A DNA stretch of 64,000 nt from Escherichia coli (lineage in GTDB: Bacteria > Pseudomonadota > Gammaproteobacteria > Enterobacterales > Enterobacteriaceae): the NCBI RefSeq assembly GCF_003334335.1, contig NZ_QOWQ01000029.1, one strand, 5' to 3'. Positions 12,128-24,121 of this stretch are shown here, one piece after another. The notes under the pieces are model-generated. The model was not told the DNA's origin. It worked only from the letters and a program-made list of their open reading frames with translations, and made no database searches. The translations under genes and the position numbers were made by a program. Every line of letters begins with the position of its first letter. Position 1 is the first letter of the stretch.

Positions 12128-13322
12128 TATTTACCCCCTCACGATCTAAAGCGCGCAGCAGCATTCCTTTCGAAATGATGCCGACATACTGTTGGTCCTC
12201 GTCGACCACGGGCACCGCACAGGGTGCCTGTCCGACATGAGAGAGCAACTCGCTAAGAGGCGTTTGTGCATCGACTGCTAACGGCGCATCAATCAGCGCC
12301 GCATCAAGACCTTGCTGCTGCGTTAACGCGGTTTTAAGCGAATCGATGGAGACTGCGCCGACAAACTTATTACCGCGTTCGATAACGTAGCCATATTCGC
12401 GATCTTCATCCTGCAATAATTTCAGTGCCGAACGTGGGCCGAAGCCAGGGGTTTTACGAATTAAGCCATTCGGTGTCCGGCGGGCAATATCTTTCGCACT
12501 GAATACCTGACTAATATCAACGCCACGGAAGAAGGTACGGACATAATCATTCGCCGGATTATTGAGAATTTCATCCGGTGTGCCGACCTGTACCACTTCA
12601 CCATTTTGCATAATGGCAATTCGGTCGCCAATACGCATGGCTTCATCAAGATCGTGGGAAATAAAGACAATGGTGCGCTGATGTTTCGCCTGTAATTTTA
12701 CCAGCTCATCCTGCATCTCGGTGCGAATTAATGGATCGAGCGCCGAGAAGGCTTCGTCCATTAATAATATATCCGGATTAATCGCTAACGCGCGGGCTAA
12801 TCCCACACGTTGACGCATCCCGCCAGAGAGTTCATCCGGGTAGCTGTGGGCATAATTTTCCAGCCCGACCTGACGCAGTGCATCAAGGGCTTTTTCCCGG
12901 CGTTCTTCGGCATTAATTCCGGCCAATTCCATACCGAACGCAGTATTGTCCAGCACGGTCATATGCGGCATTAAGGCAAAGGACTGGAAGACCATCGCAA
13001 TCTTTTTTCTGCGCACCTCACGGAGTTCGGCGTCGGATATTTTGGCAATATCCACACCATCAATCAGCACTTGCCCGCGGGTGGGTTCAATCAGGCGATT
13101 GAGAAGGCGTACCATTGTGGATTTACCCGAGCCGGATAATCCCATGATGACAAATATCTCGCCTTCTTCAATGGCCAGACTGGCGTCTTTTACGCCAAGC
13201 GATAGCCCAGTTTTTTCCAGAATTTGTTCTTTTGAAAGTCCTTGTTCGATATATTTGAACGCTCGCTGTGGATGCTCGCCAAATATTTTATAAAGATTTT
13301 TAATTTCTAATTTAATTGCCAT
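12120..13322 (-). CDS. proV: Glycine betaine/proline ABC ATPase
   Basis: Start placed at [14 protein letters not shown] (400 aa) with Walker [10 protein letters not shown]; the ORF track's upstream extension to 13595 is rejected. Confidence 0.9.
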   Translation of the reverse strand: MAIKLEIKNLYKIFGEHPQRAFKYIEQGLSKEQILEKTGLSLGVKDASLAIEEGEIFVIMGLSGSGKSTMVRLLNRLIEPTRGQVLIDGVDIAKISDAELREVRRKKIAMVFQSFALMPHMTVLDNTAFGMELAGINAEERREKALDALRQVGLENYAHSYPDELSGGMRQRVGLARALAINPDILLMDEAFSALDPLIRTEMQDELVKLQAKHQRTIVFISHDLDEAMRIGDRIAIMQNGEVVQVGTPDEILNNPANDYVRTFFRGVDISQVFSAKDIARRTPNGLIRKTPGFGPRSALKLLQDEDREYGYVIERGNKFVGAVSIDSLKTALTQQQGLDAALIDAPLAVDAQTPLSELLSHVGQAPCAVPVVDEDQQYVGIISKGMLLRALDREGVNNG

Positions 13323-13675
13323 GCAATAGAAAGATTCCTTTATTTGTCTATGTCGATATATTACCCAATGGAAATAGTCACTTTTTTCTACCCTAACATA
13401 CTGAGAATCTGAGGCAACCCCTGATGGCAAATGTGGCATGAATATTGATGCGAGCAAATCGCCGGAATTTCCCGTGATATAAGGGCTGAGAGCAAATCGA
13501 GAAAGTTGATATTTTTTGTCAAAGATAGCGAAAAAACGCCTGAATATTGTGGTTTCAGGCGAATAATGCAACAGAGTATCAGTGTAGATCACCACAAATT
13601 ATTTGCGTGATAAAAAGCTATTTGGCGGGAATTATTTCCCTGCTGCGGGTAGTGATATTTTTGAAAATAACACCC
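13323..13675 (-). promoter_or_regulatory. proU osmoregulated promoter region
   Basis: AT-rich region upstream of proV; role from established knowledge of proU; exact promoter elements not mapped here. Confidence 0.5.
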
Positions 13676-14644
<969 letters not shown>

Positions 14645-16789
14645 TTAAAGTGCACAGGAGACGCAGCCTTCAATTTCAGTGCCTTCCAGCGCCATCTGAC
14701 GCAGGCGGATGTAATAGAGCGTTTTGATACCCTTGCGCCAGGCGTAAATCTGCGCTTTGTTGATATCGCGAGTGGTGGCGGTATCGGGGAAAAAAAGCGT
14801 CAGCGACAGCCCCTGATCGACATGGCGAGTCGCTTCCGCGTAGGTGTCGATGATCTTTTCTGCGCCAATTTCGTAAGCGTCCTGATACAGCGCCAGATTC
14901 TCGTTAGTCATAAACGGGGCAGGGTAGTAAACGCGTCCTGTTTTGCCCTCTTTGCGTATCTCTACTTTCGCCACAATCGGATGAATACTCGACGTAGCAT
15001 GGTTGATATAAGAGATAGAACCGGTTGGCGGCACCGCCTGAAGATTCTGGTTGTATATGCCGTAGCGCATCACGTCGTCGCGCAGCTGCGCCCACATCTC
15101 ACGGGTAGGTAACGTAATACCGCTACGGGTAAACAGTTCGCCAACTTTCGCCGTTTTCGGCTGCCAGTTCCCTTGCAGATATTGGCTAAAATATTCACCA
15201 CTGGCATAGCGTGACTGTTTGAACCCGGCGAAGGTTTCACCGCGTTCGCGTGCCAGCAACATCGAGGTACGCAGTGCATGCCAGGTGATGGCATAGAAAT
15301 AGAGATTGGTGAAATCCAGTGCTTCCGGCGAACCATAAGCGATGCCTTCTCGCGCCAGATAGCCGTGTAAATTCATCTGCCCCAGTCCGATGGCGTGCGA
15401 GGCGGCATTTCCGGCTTCGATGGACGGCACGCTGCGGATATGACTCATATCTGATACTGCCGTTAAACCGCGCACGGCAGTCTCTACCGTGCGGGCAAAA
15501 TCGGGGGAATCCATGGTGTGCGCAATATTCAACGAACCTAAATTGCAGGAAATATCATGGCCTGTGCGGGTATAGTCGAGATTCTCGTCATACTCTGAGG
15601 CGCTGTTAACCTGCAAAATTTCTGAGCAGAGATTACTCATATTTATGCGCCCGGCGATAGGGTTAGCACGGTTTACCGTGTCTTCATACATGATGTAGGG
15701 ATAGCCGGACTCAAACTGGATTTCTGCCAGTCGCTGGAAGAAATCACGGGCGTTGAGGTATTTTTTGCGAATGCGTTCATCGGCAACCAGTTCGTCATAG
15801 TGTTGGCTGATGGCCACATCGGCAAACGGCTTGCCATAAACTCGCTCTACGTCATAAGGCGAAAACAGCGCCATCTGCGCATTCTCTTTTGCCAGATGGA
15901 AAGTGATATCCGGGATCACCACGCCAAGCGACAGTGTTTTAATGCGGATTTTTTCGTCGGCATTTTCCCGTTTCGTGTCGAGAAAACGCAGAATATCGGG
16001 ATGATGAGCATGTAAATAGACTGCACCAGCCCCCTGACGAGCGCCGAGTTGGTTGGCATAGGAAAATGCGTCTTCCAGCATTTTCATCACCGGAATTACG
16101 CCAGAAGATTGATTTTCAATACGTTTAATTGGCGCGCCCGCTTCTCGCAGATTCGACAGCAAAAATGCTACGCCGCCGCCGCGTTTCGACAGCTGCAGTG
16201 CGGAATTTACCGCCCGACCAATCGACTCCATATTGTCTTCAATACGCAGCAAAAAACAGGAAACCAGTTCGCCGCGCTGCTGCTTACCGCAGTTGAGGAA
16301 TGTTGGCGTGGCTGGCTGAAAGCGTCCTGACAGCATTTCATCGGTCAGTTGCAACGCCAGCGTCTCATCGCCTTGTGCCAGCGTCAGCGCCACCATCGTT
16401 ACTCGATCGGCAAAATCTTCCAGATAACGTTTACCGTCGAATGTCTTCAACGTATAGCTGGTGTAAAACTTCCATGCCCCGAGGAATGTCTGGAAACGAA
16501 AACCGCTGGTGTGTGCGTGGGCAAACAGCGTAATGACAAAGTCGCGAGAGTAGCGATTAAGAACGCTTTCATCATAGTAACCTTCGTTGACCAGCCAGTT
16601 CAGGCGCTGCTGCTGGCTACTGAAGGTCACACTGTTCGGACGCACATGCGTCGCAATAAAGGCGTCAACGGCCTGGCGGTCTTTATCGAACTGAATGCGA
16701 CCTGCGCTATCGTAGAGGTTAAGCATCGCATTCAGCGCGTGGTAATCCATCGTTTCCTGCGTCAGGCATTCTGCGGTTGTCGTTGCCAA
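14645..16789 (-). CDS. nrdE: Class Ib ribonucleotide reductase alpha subunit
   Basis: 714-aa ORF. Confidence 0.95.
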
Positions 16790-17172
16790 AATTCGGTTAC
16801 TCCTTTACGAACGTTTTCGATATCGCTTTGCGTACCCATGAGTTCAAAACGGTACAGCCACGGCACGCCGCATTTCCGGGCAATCACATCTCCGGCGCGG
16901 CCATACGCCTCACCAAAGTTGCGATTACCAGAAGCAATAACGCCGCGAAGCAACGCCCGGTTGTGCTCGTCGTTTAAAAAGCGAATTACCTGTCGTGGCA
17001 CCGCGCCAGCCGTACCGCCGCCGCCGTAAGAGGGCACGATCAGGATGTAAGGCTCGTCTACCTGAATCCGTTCCCGCTCATTGAGCGGGATGCGCACCGC
17101 GGGCAGACCTAAACGTTCGATAAAACGCTGCGTGTTTTCGGAGCTGCTGGAGAAGTAGACGAGCTGGCTCAT
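16762..17172 (-). CDS. nrdI: Flavodoxin-like NrdI
   Basis: 136-aa ORF overlapping the nrdE start. Confidence 0.9.
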
Positions 17173-17414
17173 GCACTGGCCGCGTGTGGCGCTGGATGCA
17201 GACGGTTAATCATGTCCGGACGGAAACCAGACCAGCTAAGATCGCCAGCAATCACTACCGGCAACTGACGAAAGCCCTGAGCACGCAACGCTTCTGCCGC
17301 TTCAGGAACGCGATCGACATTAATCATTTCAAAATCAAAGCCCCGGTTTTCCATCGCCCGTTTGGTGGCGTGGCACTGAACGCAATCGTTACGAGTGTAA
17401 ATAGTAATGCGCAT
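17169..17414 (-). CDS. nrdH: Glutaredoxin-like NrdH
   Basis: 81-aa ORF with CVQC motif. Confidence 0.9.
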
Positions 17415-17487
17415 GATTCGTATTTCCGTTTAAAATGAAGATACGGCGCGATGATACGCGTCGGGTTGTCTCTCTGTTGATACAGAG

Positions 17488-17532
17488 ATACTAGATGTAG
17501 TTGAAAAAAGATTCAACCACACAATATATAGC
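17488..17532 (-). promoter_or_regulatory. Two NrdR-box-like palindromes upstream of nrdH
   Basis: atactagatgtagttg and cacacaatatatagc about 30 bp apart; resemble the NrdR operator consensus as I recall it. Confidence 0.45.
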
Positions 17533-17661
17533 AAATATTGGTCGAAATTACCCTGGATATGAGCGTGACGGGGTAGGGGGATTTTTGTGATTCACCAGGC
17601 AAAAAGAAACCCCGAAGACAGGCTTCGGGGTCAAAGACGCGTATTTATTATCATTTTTGCA

Positions 17662-17991
17662 CTACGATTTGCGCATGCTTAACAGTGCGCCGATAAAAAT
17701 ACCTACCGCAGCTGCTGTACCCACGCTACACCAGGGTCTTTCACGAACAAAAGAATCCGCGCAGCCAACGGCATCGCGCGCGGCTTGCTGGACGCGAGTA
17801 CGACCATGCATTCGCGCCCTGGTTTCTTTCAGCAATGCCTGAGCTTTACTGCGTGCGGCTTCAGCTTCCCCTTTGGCGTCGCTGCCCCAGGACTTCAATA
17901 CAGATTCGAGGCTGTCAGCTAATTGATTGACATCATTCTGGATATCCTGCACGCCATCATCAACGTCGTTGCGGTTCGGTCGGTTAAACAT
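17662..17991 (-). CDS. ygaM: DUF883/ElaB-family membrane-anchored protein
   Basis: ORF MFNRPNRNDVDDGVQDIQ... with C-terminal transmembrane anchor; the start could be 4 codons upstream (18003). Confidence 0.8.
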   Translation of the reverse strand: MFNRPNRNDVDDGVQDIQNDVNQLADSLESVLKSWGSDAKGEAEAARSKAQALLKETRARMHGRTRVQQAARDAVGCADSFVRERPWCSVGTAAAVGIFIGALLSMRKS

Positions 17992-18142
17992 ATGATCCCC
18001 CATTAGAATTCGATGTAATTTTCAGTGTAGACCATAATTTTCTTAACTGAGGTTCATCGCGGCTTTATGGACTTTTCTGAAAGCGTTGTGAATGCGCAAT
18101 CAGGTAAGGTAGGCCCGCGGTTGATAATAACGAGGATCAAAT

Positions 18143-18487
18143 ATGTATTTACGACCAGACGAGGTGGCGCGCGTACTTGAAAAAGTCGGTTTTACTGTCG
18201 ATGTGGTAACCCAGAAAGCGTATGGTTACCGCCGTGGGGAAAATTATGTCTATGTTAATCGCGAAGCGCGAATGGGACGTACCGCTCTGGTAATTCATCC
18301 AACATTAAAAGAACGCAGTTCGACACTGGCTGAACCCGCTTCCGATATTAAAACTTGCGATCATTACCAGCAATTTCCGCTCTATTTAGCAGGCGAGCGA
18401 CACGAGCATTACGGTATCCCGCATGGCTTTAGTTCGCGTGTTGCGCTTGAACGTTATTTGAATGGTTTATTTGGCGAAGCCAGTTAA
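18143..18487 (+). CDS. ygaC: DUF2002 protein YgaC
   Basis: 114-aa ORF; synteny. Confidence 0.85.
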
Positions 18488-18523
18488 AGACGCGACTGGC
18501 GATGCCAGTCGCGAAAAGAAGAG

Positions 18524-18973
18524 TCAGGCTTTTACCTGCTGGTAACGGCTGACTTTAAACAGTCGGCGGCAATAATCGAGGAAGTAGCCATAAACCGCCC
18601 CCATCAACATCGAAACAACGATGTTTGAACTGACCGCCGCCATAATCTGATGCCAGTCTGCGCCCACCACTAACAAGATCGCCACATACACCGGTGACTG
18701 GAACGTCACATAAGCCAGGATATCCGCCAGATTTTTTATCCAGCCCGACGGGCTAACTTTGCGTGCCGCGCGCATAAACAGATCACGGTACATACCGTAT
18801 GGCCATGCAATTAAGATGTTCACCGGAATCGCTACCAATCTGGAATAAAAAGACTGTTCGAAGCTCATTCCGGAGAGGAAAACTTCAATACACATGTTCA
18901 CGACAGAACAGTAAACAACCATCGCGAACGTATCTGCAACTGCATGACGCAAGCGTGACTGCGGTGAGAACAT
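18524..18973 (-). CDS. alaE: L-alanine exporter
   Basis: 149-aa membrane ORF; synteny. Confidence 0.85.
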   Translation of the reverse strand: MFSPQSRLRHAVADTFAMVVYCSVVNMCIEVFLSGMSFEQSFYSRLVAIPVNILIAWPYGMYRDLFMRAARKVSPSGWIKNLADILAYVTFQSPVYVAILLVVGADWHQIMAAVSSNIVVSMLMGAVYGYFLDYCRRLFKVSRYQQVKA

Positions 18974-19641
18974 GCTAATGCTCCTTAATAAAAGCGTAAT
19001 GGGATGTTAATGGAGATGAAAGCAGTGGATCTCATTGCCATCTGCATTTTCGCATAGCGTATATCGCTGGCTATGACTAATCAATTAGTGAAAAATTTTT
19101 ATTTAGTCAGTTTTTGTAGATAAAATATTCCGTAACGGCTCGTTTTTTGTACATTGTGGATTTTTACATGCCGATATGATTTATTTTTAATTAAATCAAT
19201 TAGATATGGCCTTACCTTTAATATCACTAATGAAAGTTTGGGGGTGAGGTAACGCTATAAGCGTAGAGAATTCGGTGTATGTAGTAGCTGGGTCATTTTC
19301 AGCATTTTTTATGCCAGACAATGTACATTAACAGCAGAAAGCACCAGTGATGGATGTTTTCTTTTATTCTGTTATATTGCATTTTTATTCACTTTGATTT
19401 TGTCAGGCTTGCGGAATTAGCGAGCAGAGAGCGCCGCTCTGTTCACCAATAATCTAAATTACTCATCAAAATGGCTAATATATAATCTTGAAATTATTCT
19501 GAGAGTTTCAGAAAATAACAGCTGAAATAATCTCGCGCAGGACTGTAAATAGATTAAATTTTGTGGAAATATAATAAGTGATCGCTTACACTACGCGACG
19601 AAATACTTTTTTTGTTTTGGCGTTAAAAGGTTTTCTTTATT

Positions 19642-20046
19642 ATGTCCGTAATGTTACAAAGTTTAAATAACATTCGCACCCTCCGTGCGATGGCTCGCGA
19701 ATTCTCCATTGACGTTCTTGAAGAAATGCTCGAAAAATTCAGGGTTGTCACTAAAGAAAGACGTGAAGAAGAAGAACAGCAGCAGCGTGAACTGGCAGAG
19801 CGCCAGGAAAAAATTAGCACCTGGCTGGAGCTGATGAAAGCTGACGGAATTAACCCGGAAGAGTTATTGGGTAATAGCTCTGCTGCTGCACCACGCGCTG
19901 GTAAAAAACGCCAGCCGCGTCCGGCGAAATATAAATTCACCGATGTTAACGGTGAAACTAAAACCTGGACCGGTCAGGGCCGTACACCGAAGCCAATTGC
20001 TCAGGCGCTGGCAGAAGGTAAATCTCTCGACGATTTCCTGATCTAA
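19642..20046 (+). CDS. stpA: H-NS paralogue StpA
   Basis: 134-aa [35 protein letters not shown]... with C-terminal [12 protein letters not shown]-binding motif. Confidence 0.95.
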   Translation: MSVMLQSLNNIRTLRAMAREFSIDVLEEMLEKFRVVTKERREEEEQQQRELAERQEKISTWLELMKADGINPEELLGNSSAAAPRAGKKRQPRPAKYKFTDVNGETKTWTGQGRTPKPIAQALAEGKSLDDFLI

Positions 20047-20092
20047 TTACTGAGGCCGGATGTCGCTGCTAGGGCGCGTCCGGCGTCGCTTC

Positions 20093-20617
20093 TCAAGCTC
20101 GTTGGTTCCACGGCATCTTATCTAACAACCTTGCCATTCCACAAAAACCGCTGATTCCTGCAAACAGTAACCCGGCACCAACAAAGCCACTTAATAAGAA
20201 GAAACCGCTATTTACGGTATAACCCAGTACAACGCCGATTAATATTAAACCACCCGCAGCGATCTGCACCTGGCGCATTAACGGCAAGGGTTGAGATTTA
20301 TTTACCGCTACTGGCAATCCTGCTTTTTTCCAGCCATCAATCCCATCTTCGAGTAAAAAGATTTCTGCGGGGGCGGCAATCGCTGCTAATTTATCGGCAT
20401 TATTACTGGTGCGTTTACCTGCCTGGCAGTGGAATATAATTTGCTCGTGACGTAATTTAGCCGGAAGACCTGACTGTTCCAGCACGGATAATGGAGCCAG
20501 ATCTGCTTCAGGAATATGTTCACGAAGATATTCATCAGCATCACGAATATCGATTAACTTTGCGCCGCGTGCGATTAATTCTTGTGCATCATGCGGCGAA
20601 ATGGTTGTCAAAGCCAT
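20093..20617 (-). CDS. ygaP: Rhodanese-domain inner membrane protein
   Basis: 174-aa ORF with active-site Cys (CQAGKRT) and C-terminal transmembrane segments. Confidence 0.85.
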
Positions 20618-20626
20618 AGTGACTCC

Positions 20627-20926
20627 TTACGGACAATAGACATTTTTCAGGGTGGCGATAATGGCATTTACCGCCTCATTTTTAATGGAATATAGAATGC
20701 GTTGGGCATCCCGTTGGCTGTCGATAAGCCCTTCGTCCCGCATACGAGCGAGATGCTGTGATGTCGCAGAGGCACTCAGTCCGGTAATGCGCGTCAGCTC
20801 TCCCGCGCTGGTGCCGGGGGAACCGCTAAGCATGCACAGAATCAGCAATCGTTTAGGGTGGCTCATTGCTTTCAATAAGGCCGCTGCCTGTTCGGCACTG
20901 GCCTGTAATTGCGCGAGTTCAGTCAT
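20627..20926 (-). CDS. ygaV: ArsR-family transcriptional regulator
   Basis: 99-aa helix-turn-helix ORF upstream of ygaP. Confidence 0.85.
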   Translation of the reverse strand: MTELAQLQASAEQAAALLKAMSHPKRLLILCMLSGSPGTSAGELTRITGLSASATSQHLARMRDEGLIDSQRDAQRILYSIKNEAVNAIIATLKNVYCP

Positions 20927-21108
20927 ATTTATTTAAGTATTTTCTAAATTAAGTAAACTCTAAACTAAAAATGCAACATATACCAGCCTCAGCAGCGTAA
21001 ATGAGAGTAAAAGCGTAAGCTGAAACTGGCAGGCTCCGCTAAAATTACTACGCTTAAGAGATAAAATCTCTTTTTAAACAATGAGTAATTTTCTTATAGG
21101 GAGTACAT

Positions 21109-21267
21109 ATGGGTTTCTGGAGAATCGTCATCACCATCATTCTGCCGCCGCTCGGCGTGCTGCTCGGTAAAGGGTTCGGTTGGGCGTTCATTATTAATAT
21201 TCTGTTGACACTGCTTGGGTATATCCCCGGTTTGATTCACGCGTTCTGGGTGCAAACCCGCGATTAA
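21109..21267 (+). CDS. yqaE: Pmp3/YqaE-family small membrane protein (52 aa)
   Basis: MGFWRIVITIILPPLGVLLGKGFGWAFIINILLTLLGYIPGLIHAFWVQTRD; below the 60-aa cutoff of the ORF track. Confidence 0.8.
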   Translation: MGFWRIVITIILPPLGVLLGKGFGWAFIINILLTLLGYIPGLIHAFWVQTRD

Positions 21268-21350
21268 ACCTGTGCTCATCCCCGCGGCGTTAACGCGCCG
21301 CGTTCCTCTGCTACACTTTCTGAGTGTTTCCGTTAACGAATGAGGTAGCT

Positions 21351-21800
21351 ATGGGTCTGTTCAATTTTGTGAAAGATGCCGGAGAAAAACTCTGGGACGC
21401 GGTTACAGGTCAGCACGATAAAGACGATCAGGCGAAGAAGGTGCAGGAGCATCTGAACAAAACCGGTATACCGGATGCCGATAAAGTGAATATTCAAATT
21501 GCCGACGGCAAAGCGACGGTCACTGGTGACGGCCTGAGTCAGGAGGCGAAGGAGAAAATCCTTGTTGCGGTGGGGAATATTTCCGGTATTGCCAGTGTCG
21601 ATGATCAGGTGAAAACGGCGACACCAGCCACTGCCAGCCAGTTTTATACCGTTAAGTCTGGCGACACTCTGAGTGCCATTTCCAAACAGGTCTACGGTAA
21701 CGCTAATCTGTACAATAAAATCTTCGAAGCGAATAAACCGATGCTAAAAAGCCCGGATAAAATTTATCCGGGGCAAGTGTTGCGTATTCCGGAAGAGTAG
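21351..21800 (+). CDS. kbp: K+-binding BON/LysM protein
   Basis: Start placed at [16 protein letters not shown] (149 aa); C-terminal LysM motif. Confidence 0.85.
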
Positions 21801-22463
21801 TTAATTGCCAGCCATCGCCTGCTGGATAATGGGAATTGGCGTCAGTAAATGCTGGCGCATTAACTCACTGGCGCGCGCGGTATCTCGCGCCAGTACCGCC
21901 GCAGTCAGGGTCTGGTGCTGATCGTGTTTATCCTCCAGCATTTCCACCGAAAGCACCGTTCGCCGCAGCCAGATAAATCGATAACGCGCCGCCAGATCAA
22001 ACAACCGTTCACGCATTTGCAGCAAATAGTGAGAACCACAGCCCGCCACAATTGCCGTATGAAACGCCTGATGACGCAGATCCCACTCATCAAGCATTTT
22101 CTCGCTGGCGTCACAGGCCTCAAGCTTACTCAGCAGATGCGCTTTTGCGAGAACGTCTGCCTCCCACTCATCGCCACCGCGGGCAATCGCCAGACTCACT
22201 AACATCGCTTCCATATTGGCGCGGGCGTCGAAAATATCGAGCAGCTCCTGCTCTGACATAGACGCCACCCGATACCCTTTTTGATTCACCACCGTGACCA
22301 GCCGTTCCGCCACCAGTTGCGAAAGAGCTTCCCGTAACGGCCCAACGCCAAGTGCATAACGCGATGTCAGCAAACTCATTCGTAATTTTTCATCCGGTTG
22401 AAAATTACCGCGAATAATATCGTTCTTCAGCCAGCGATAGCCATCCAGAGACGTAATGGTCAT
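21801..22463 (-). CDS. csiR: GntR-family regulator CsiR
   Basis: Start placed at MTITSLDGYRW (220 aa); downstream of gabP. Confidence 0.85.
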   Translation of the reverse strand: MTITSLDGYRWLKNDIIRGNFQPDEKLRMSLLTSRYALGVGPLREALSQLVAERLVTVVNQKGYRVASMSEQELLDIFDARANMEAMLVSLAIARGGDEWEADVLAKAHLLSKLEACDASEKMLDEWDLRHQAFHTAIVAGCGSHYLLQMRERLFDLAARYRFIWLRRTVLSVEMLEDKHDQHQTLTAAVLARDTARASELMRQHLLTPIPIIQQAMAGN

Positions 22464-22483
22464 GGTGTGACTCCTGATCATGA

Positions 22484-23884
22484 TCAGCGCGTATTATGAA
22501 CGGGTGTTTTTTGCCACAATACCAGCTTTTTCCAGCGAGCCATAATTGGCACGGTACAGATAATCCCTATCGCTAATAAGCCGGTGGAGATCACTTCTAA
22601 CTGTTGCGCCGGACGGAATAGCATCACTACCAACACAAAGGTAATAAAGCCGATGACTAGCCAGGTGAGCCACGGATAAAGCCACATTCGCAAGCGAATT
22701 TCGCTTCCTTCTGCTCGCAGAATTTTGCGCATCCGCAACTGTGAAACGGCGATGACTAAATAAACCAGCAGGGCGATAGCGCCGGAGCTGTCGATCAGAA
22801 ATTTAAATACCTTCGCAGGCGCGTAATAGTTCACCACCACCGTTAAGAATGCCGCGCCGGTGGAGAGTAACACCGCCACGTACGGGGTTTTACTGCGGTT
22901 GATTTTACCCATTACCGCGGGAGCATCACCGCGACGACTTAAGGAGTAGAGCATCCTTGACGCGGTATACAGCGCCGAGTTCAGGCAACTGGTTACGGAA
23001 AGTAATATCACGCAGTCCATGATTAATTTCGCATGGGGAATATTGAGCAATTCCAGTACCGAGCGATAAGAACCGACGGCTTTTAGTCCGGGCATATTCC
23101 ACGGAATTAATGCCACGACGACAAAAATAGAACATAAATAGAAGATAGAAATACGCCAGATAACCGAGTTGGTGGCGCGGACAATATGTTTTTCCGGCGT
23201 GTCGGATTCCGCGGCGGCAATGGTGACAATTTCTGCGCCCATAAACGAGAACATGGTGATCAACATCGCGCTTAATACCGCACCGAAACCGTTGGGCATA
23301 AAGCCGCCGCTATCCCACAATCTTGAGATCCCGCTCACTTCGGCATACGGGTAAAAACCGCTAATTGCGACTGCACCAAGGAAAATAAAGGCCAGGATAG
23401 CGATGACTTTGCACAGCGCCAGCCAGAACTCAAATTCGCCGTAGTTTTTAACGCTTAATAAGTTACTGCCAGTTAAGGCGAGGGTAATGACGAGGGAAAA
23501 TAACCAGATGGGAATGCCTGGAACCCATGAGTGCAGGATCATGGCGGCGATGTTGGCTTCCAGCGGGATAACCAGTACCCAAAACCACCAGTACAACCAG
23601 CCGATGGTATAGCCCGCCCAGCGACCAATGGCTTTATCGGCATAGGTGGAAAACGAACCGGTATCGGGCGTGGCAACCGCCATTTCCGCCAACATCCGCA
23701 TAATCATAACCACCAGTAGCCCGGCGAACAGATAGGCCAGTAATACCGCCGGGCCCGCTTCGGCGATGGCGACGCTGGAACCGACAAACAGACTTGCGCC
23801 GATAACACCGGCAATAGACAACATGGTGACGTGGCGTGACTTCAGCCCGCCGCCTAACTCATGTGGTTGCGATGATTGCCCCAT
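22484..23884 (-). CDS. gabP: GABA permease
   Basis: Start placed at MGQSSQPHELGGG (466 aa); amino acid permease family. Confidence 0.9.
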   Translation of the reverse strand: MGQSSQPHELGGGLKSRHVTMLSIAGVIGASLFVGSSVAIAEAGPAVLLAYLFAGLLVVMIMRMLAEMAVATPDTGSFSTYADKAIGRWAGYTIGWLYWWFWVLVIPLEANIAAMILHSWVPGIPIWLFSLVITLALTGSNLLSVKNYGEFEFWLALCKVIAILAFIFLGAVAISGFYPYAEVSGISRLWDSGGFMPNGFGAVLSAMLITMFSFMGAEIVTIAAAESDTPEKHIVRATNSVIWRISIFYLCSIFVVVALIPWNMPGLKAVGSYRSVLELLNIPHAKLIMDCVILLSVTSCLNSALYTASRMLYSLSRRGDAPAVMGKINRSKTPYVAVLLSTGAAFLTVVVNYYAPAKVFKFLIDSSGAIALLVYLVIAVSQLRMRKILRAEGSEIRLRMWLYPWLTWLVIGFITFVLVVMLFRPAQQLEVISTGLLAIGIICTVPIMARWKKLVLWQKTPVHNTR

Positions 23885-24034
23885 TCTGAATCCTCTCGAA
23901 AGTGTGTCACTTGGGAGAGCGCCCCGACATTTCCCGCGCCGGGTCACGCGTATAATTGTTATTGATTCTTTTTGCCGGAGAGCGGCTCCGCCTTACCCGG
24001 CCAACATAGATTTCTTCCTGTTCACGTACAGATT

Positions 24035-24115
24035 GTCGGATGCGGCGTAAACGCCTTATCCGACCTGGATCCCCGTAGGCCGGACAAGACGCGCAGCGTC
24101 GCCTCCGGCATAGGA
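24035..24115. repeat. REP/BIME elements between gabT and gabP
   Basis: gtcggatgcggcgtaaacgccttatccgacc and gtaggccggacaagacgcgcagcgtcgcctccggca units. Confidence 0.6.
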
Positions 24116-24121
24116 GCGGCG

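Noticed and set aside
12120..13595. 491-aa version of proV with a 91-codon N-terminal extension into the proU promoter region
   Set aside because: The conserved ProV N-terminus [10 protein letters not shown] starts at 13322, and the extension covers the AT-rich regulatory region with no plausible ribosome-binding site; I treat it as a chance open frame.
19300..19400. Very short ORFs (13-15 codons) in the stpA upstream region
   Set aside because: No ribosome-binding sites and no conservation evidence available; AT-rich DNA generates many such frames.
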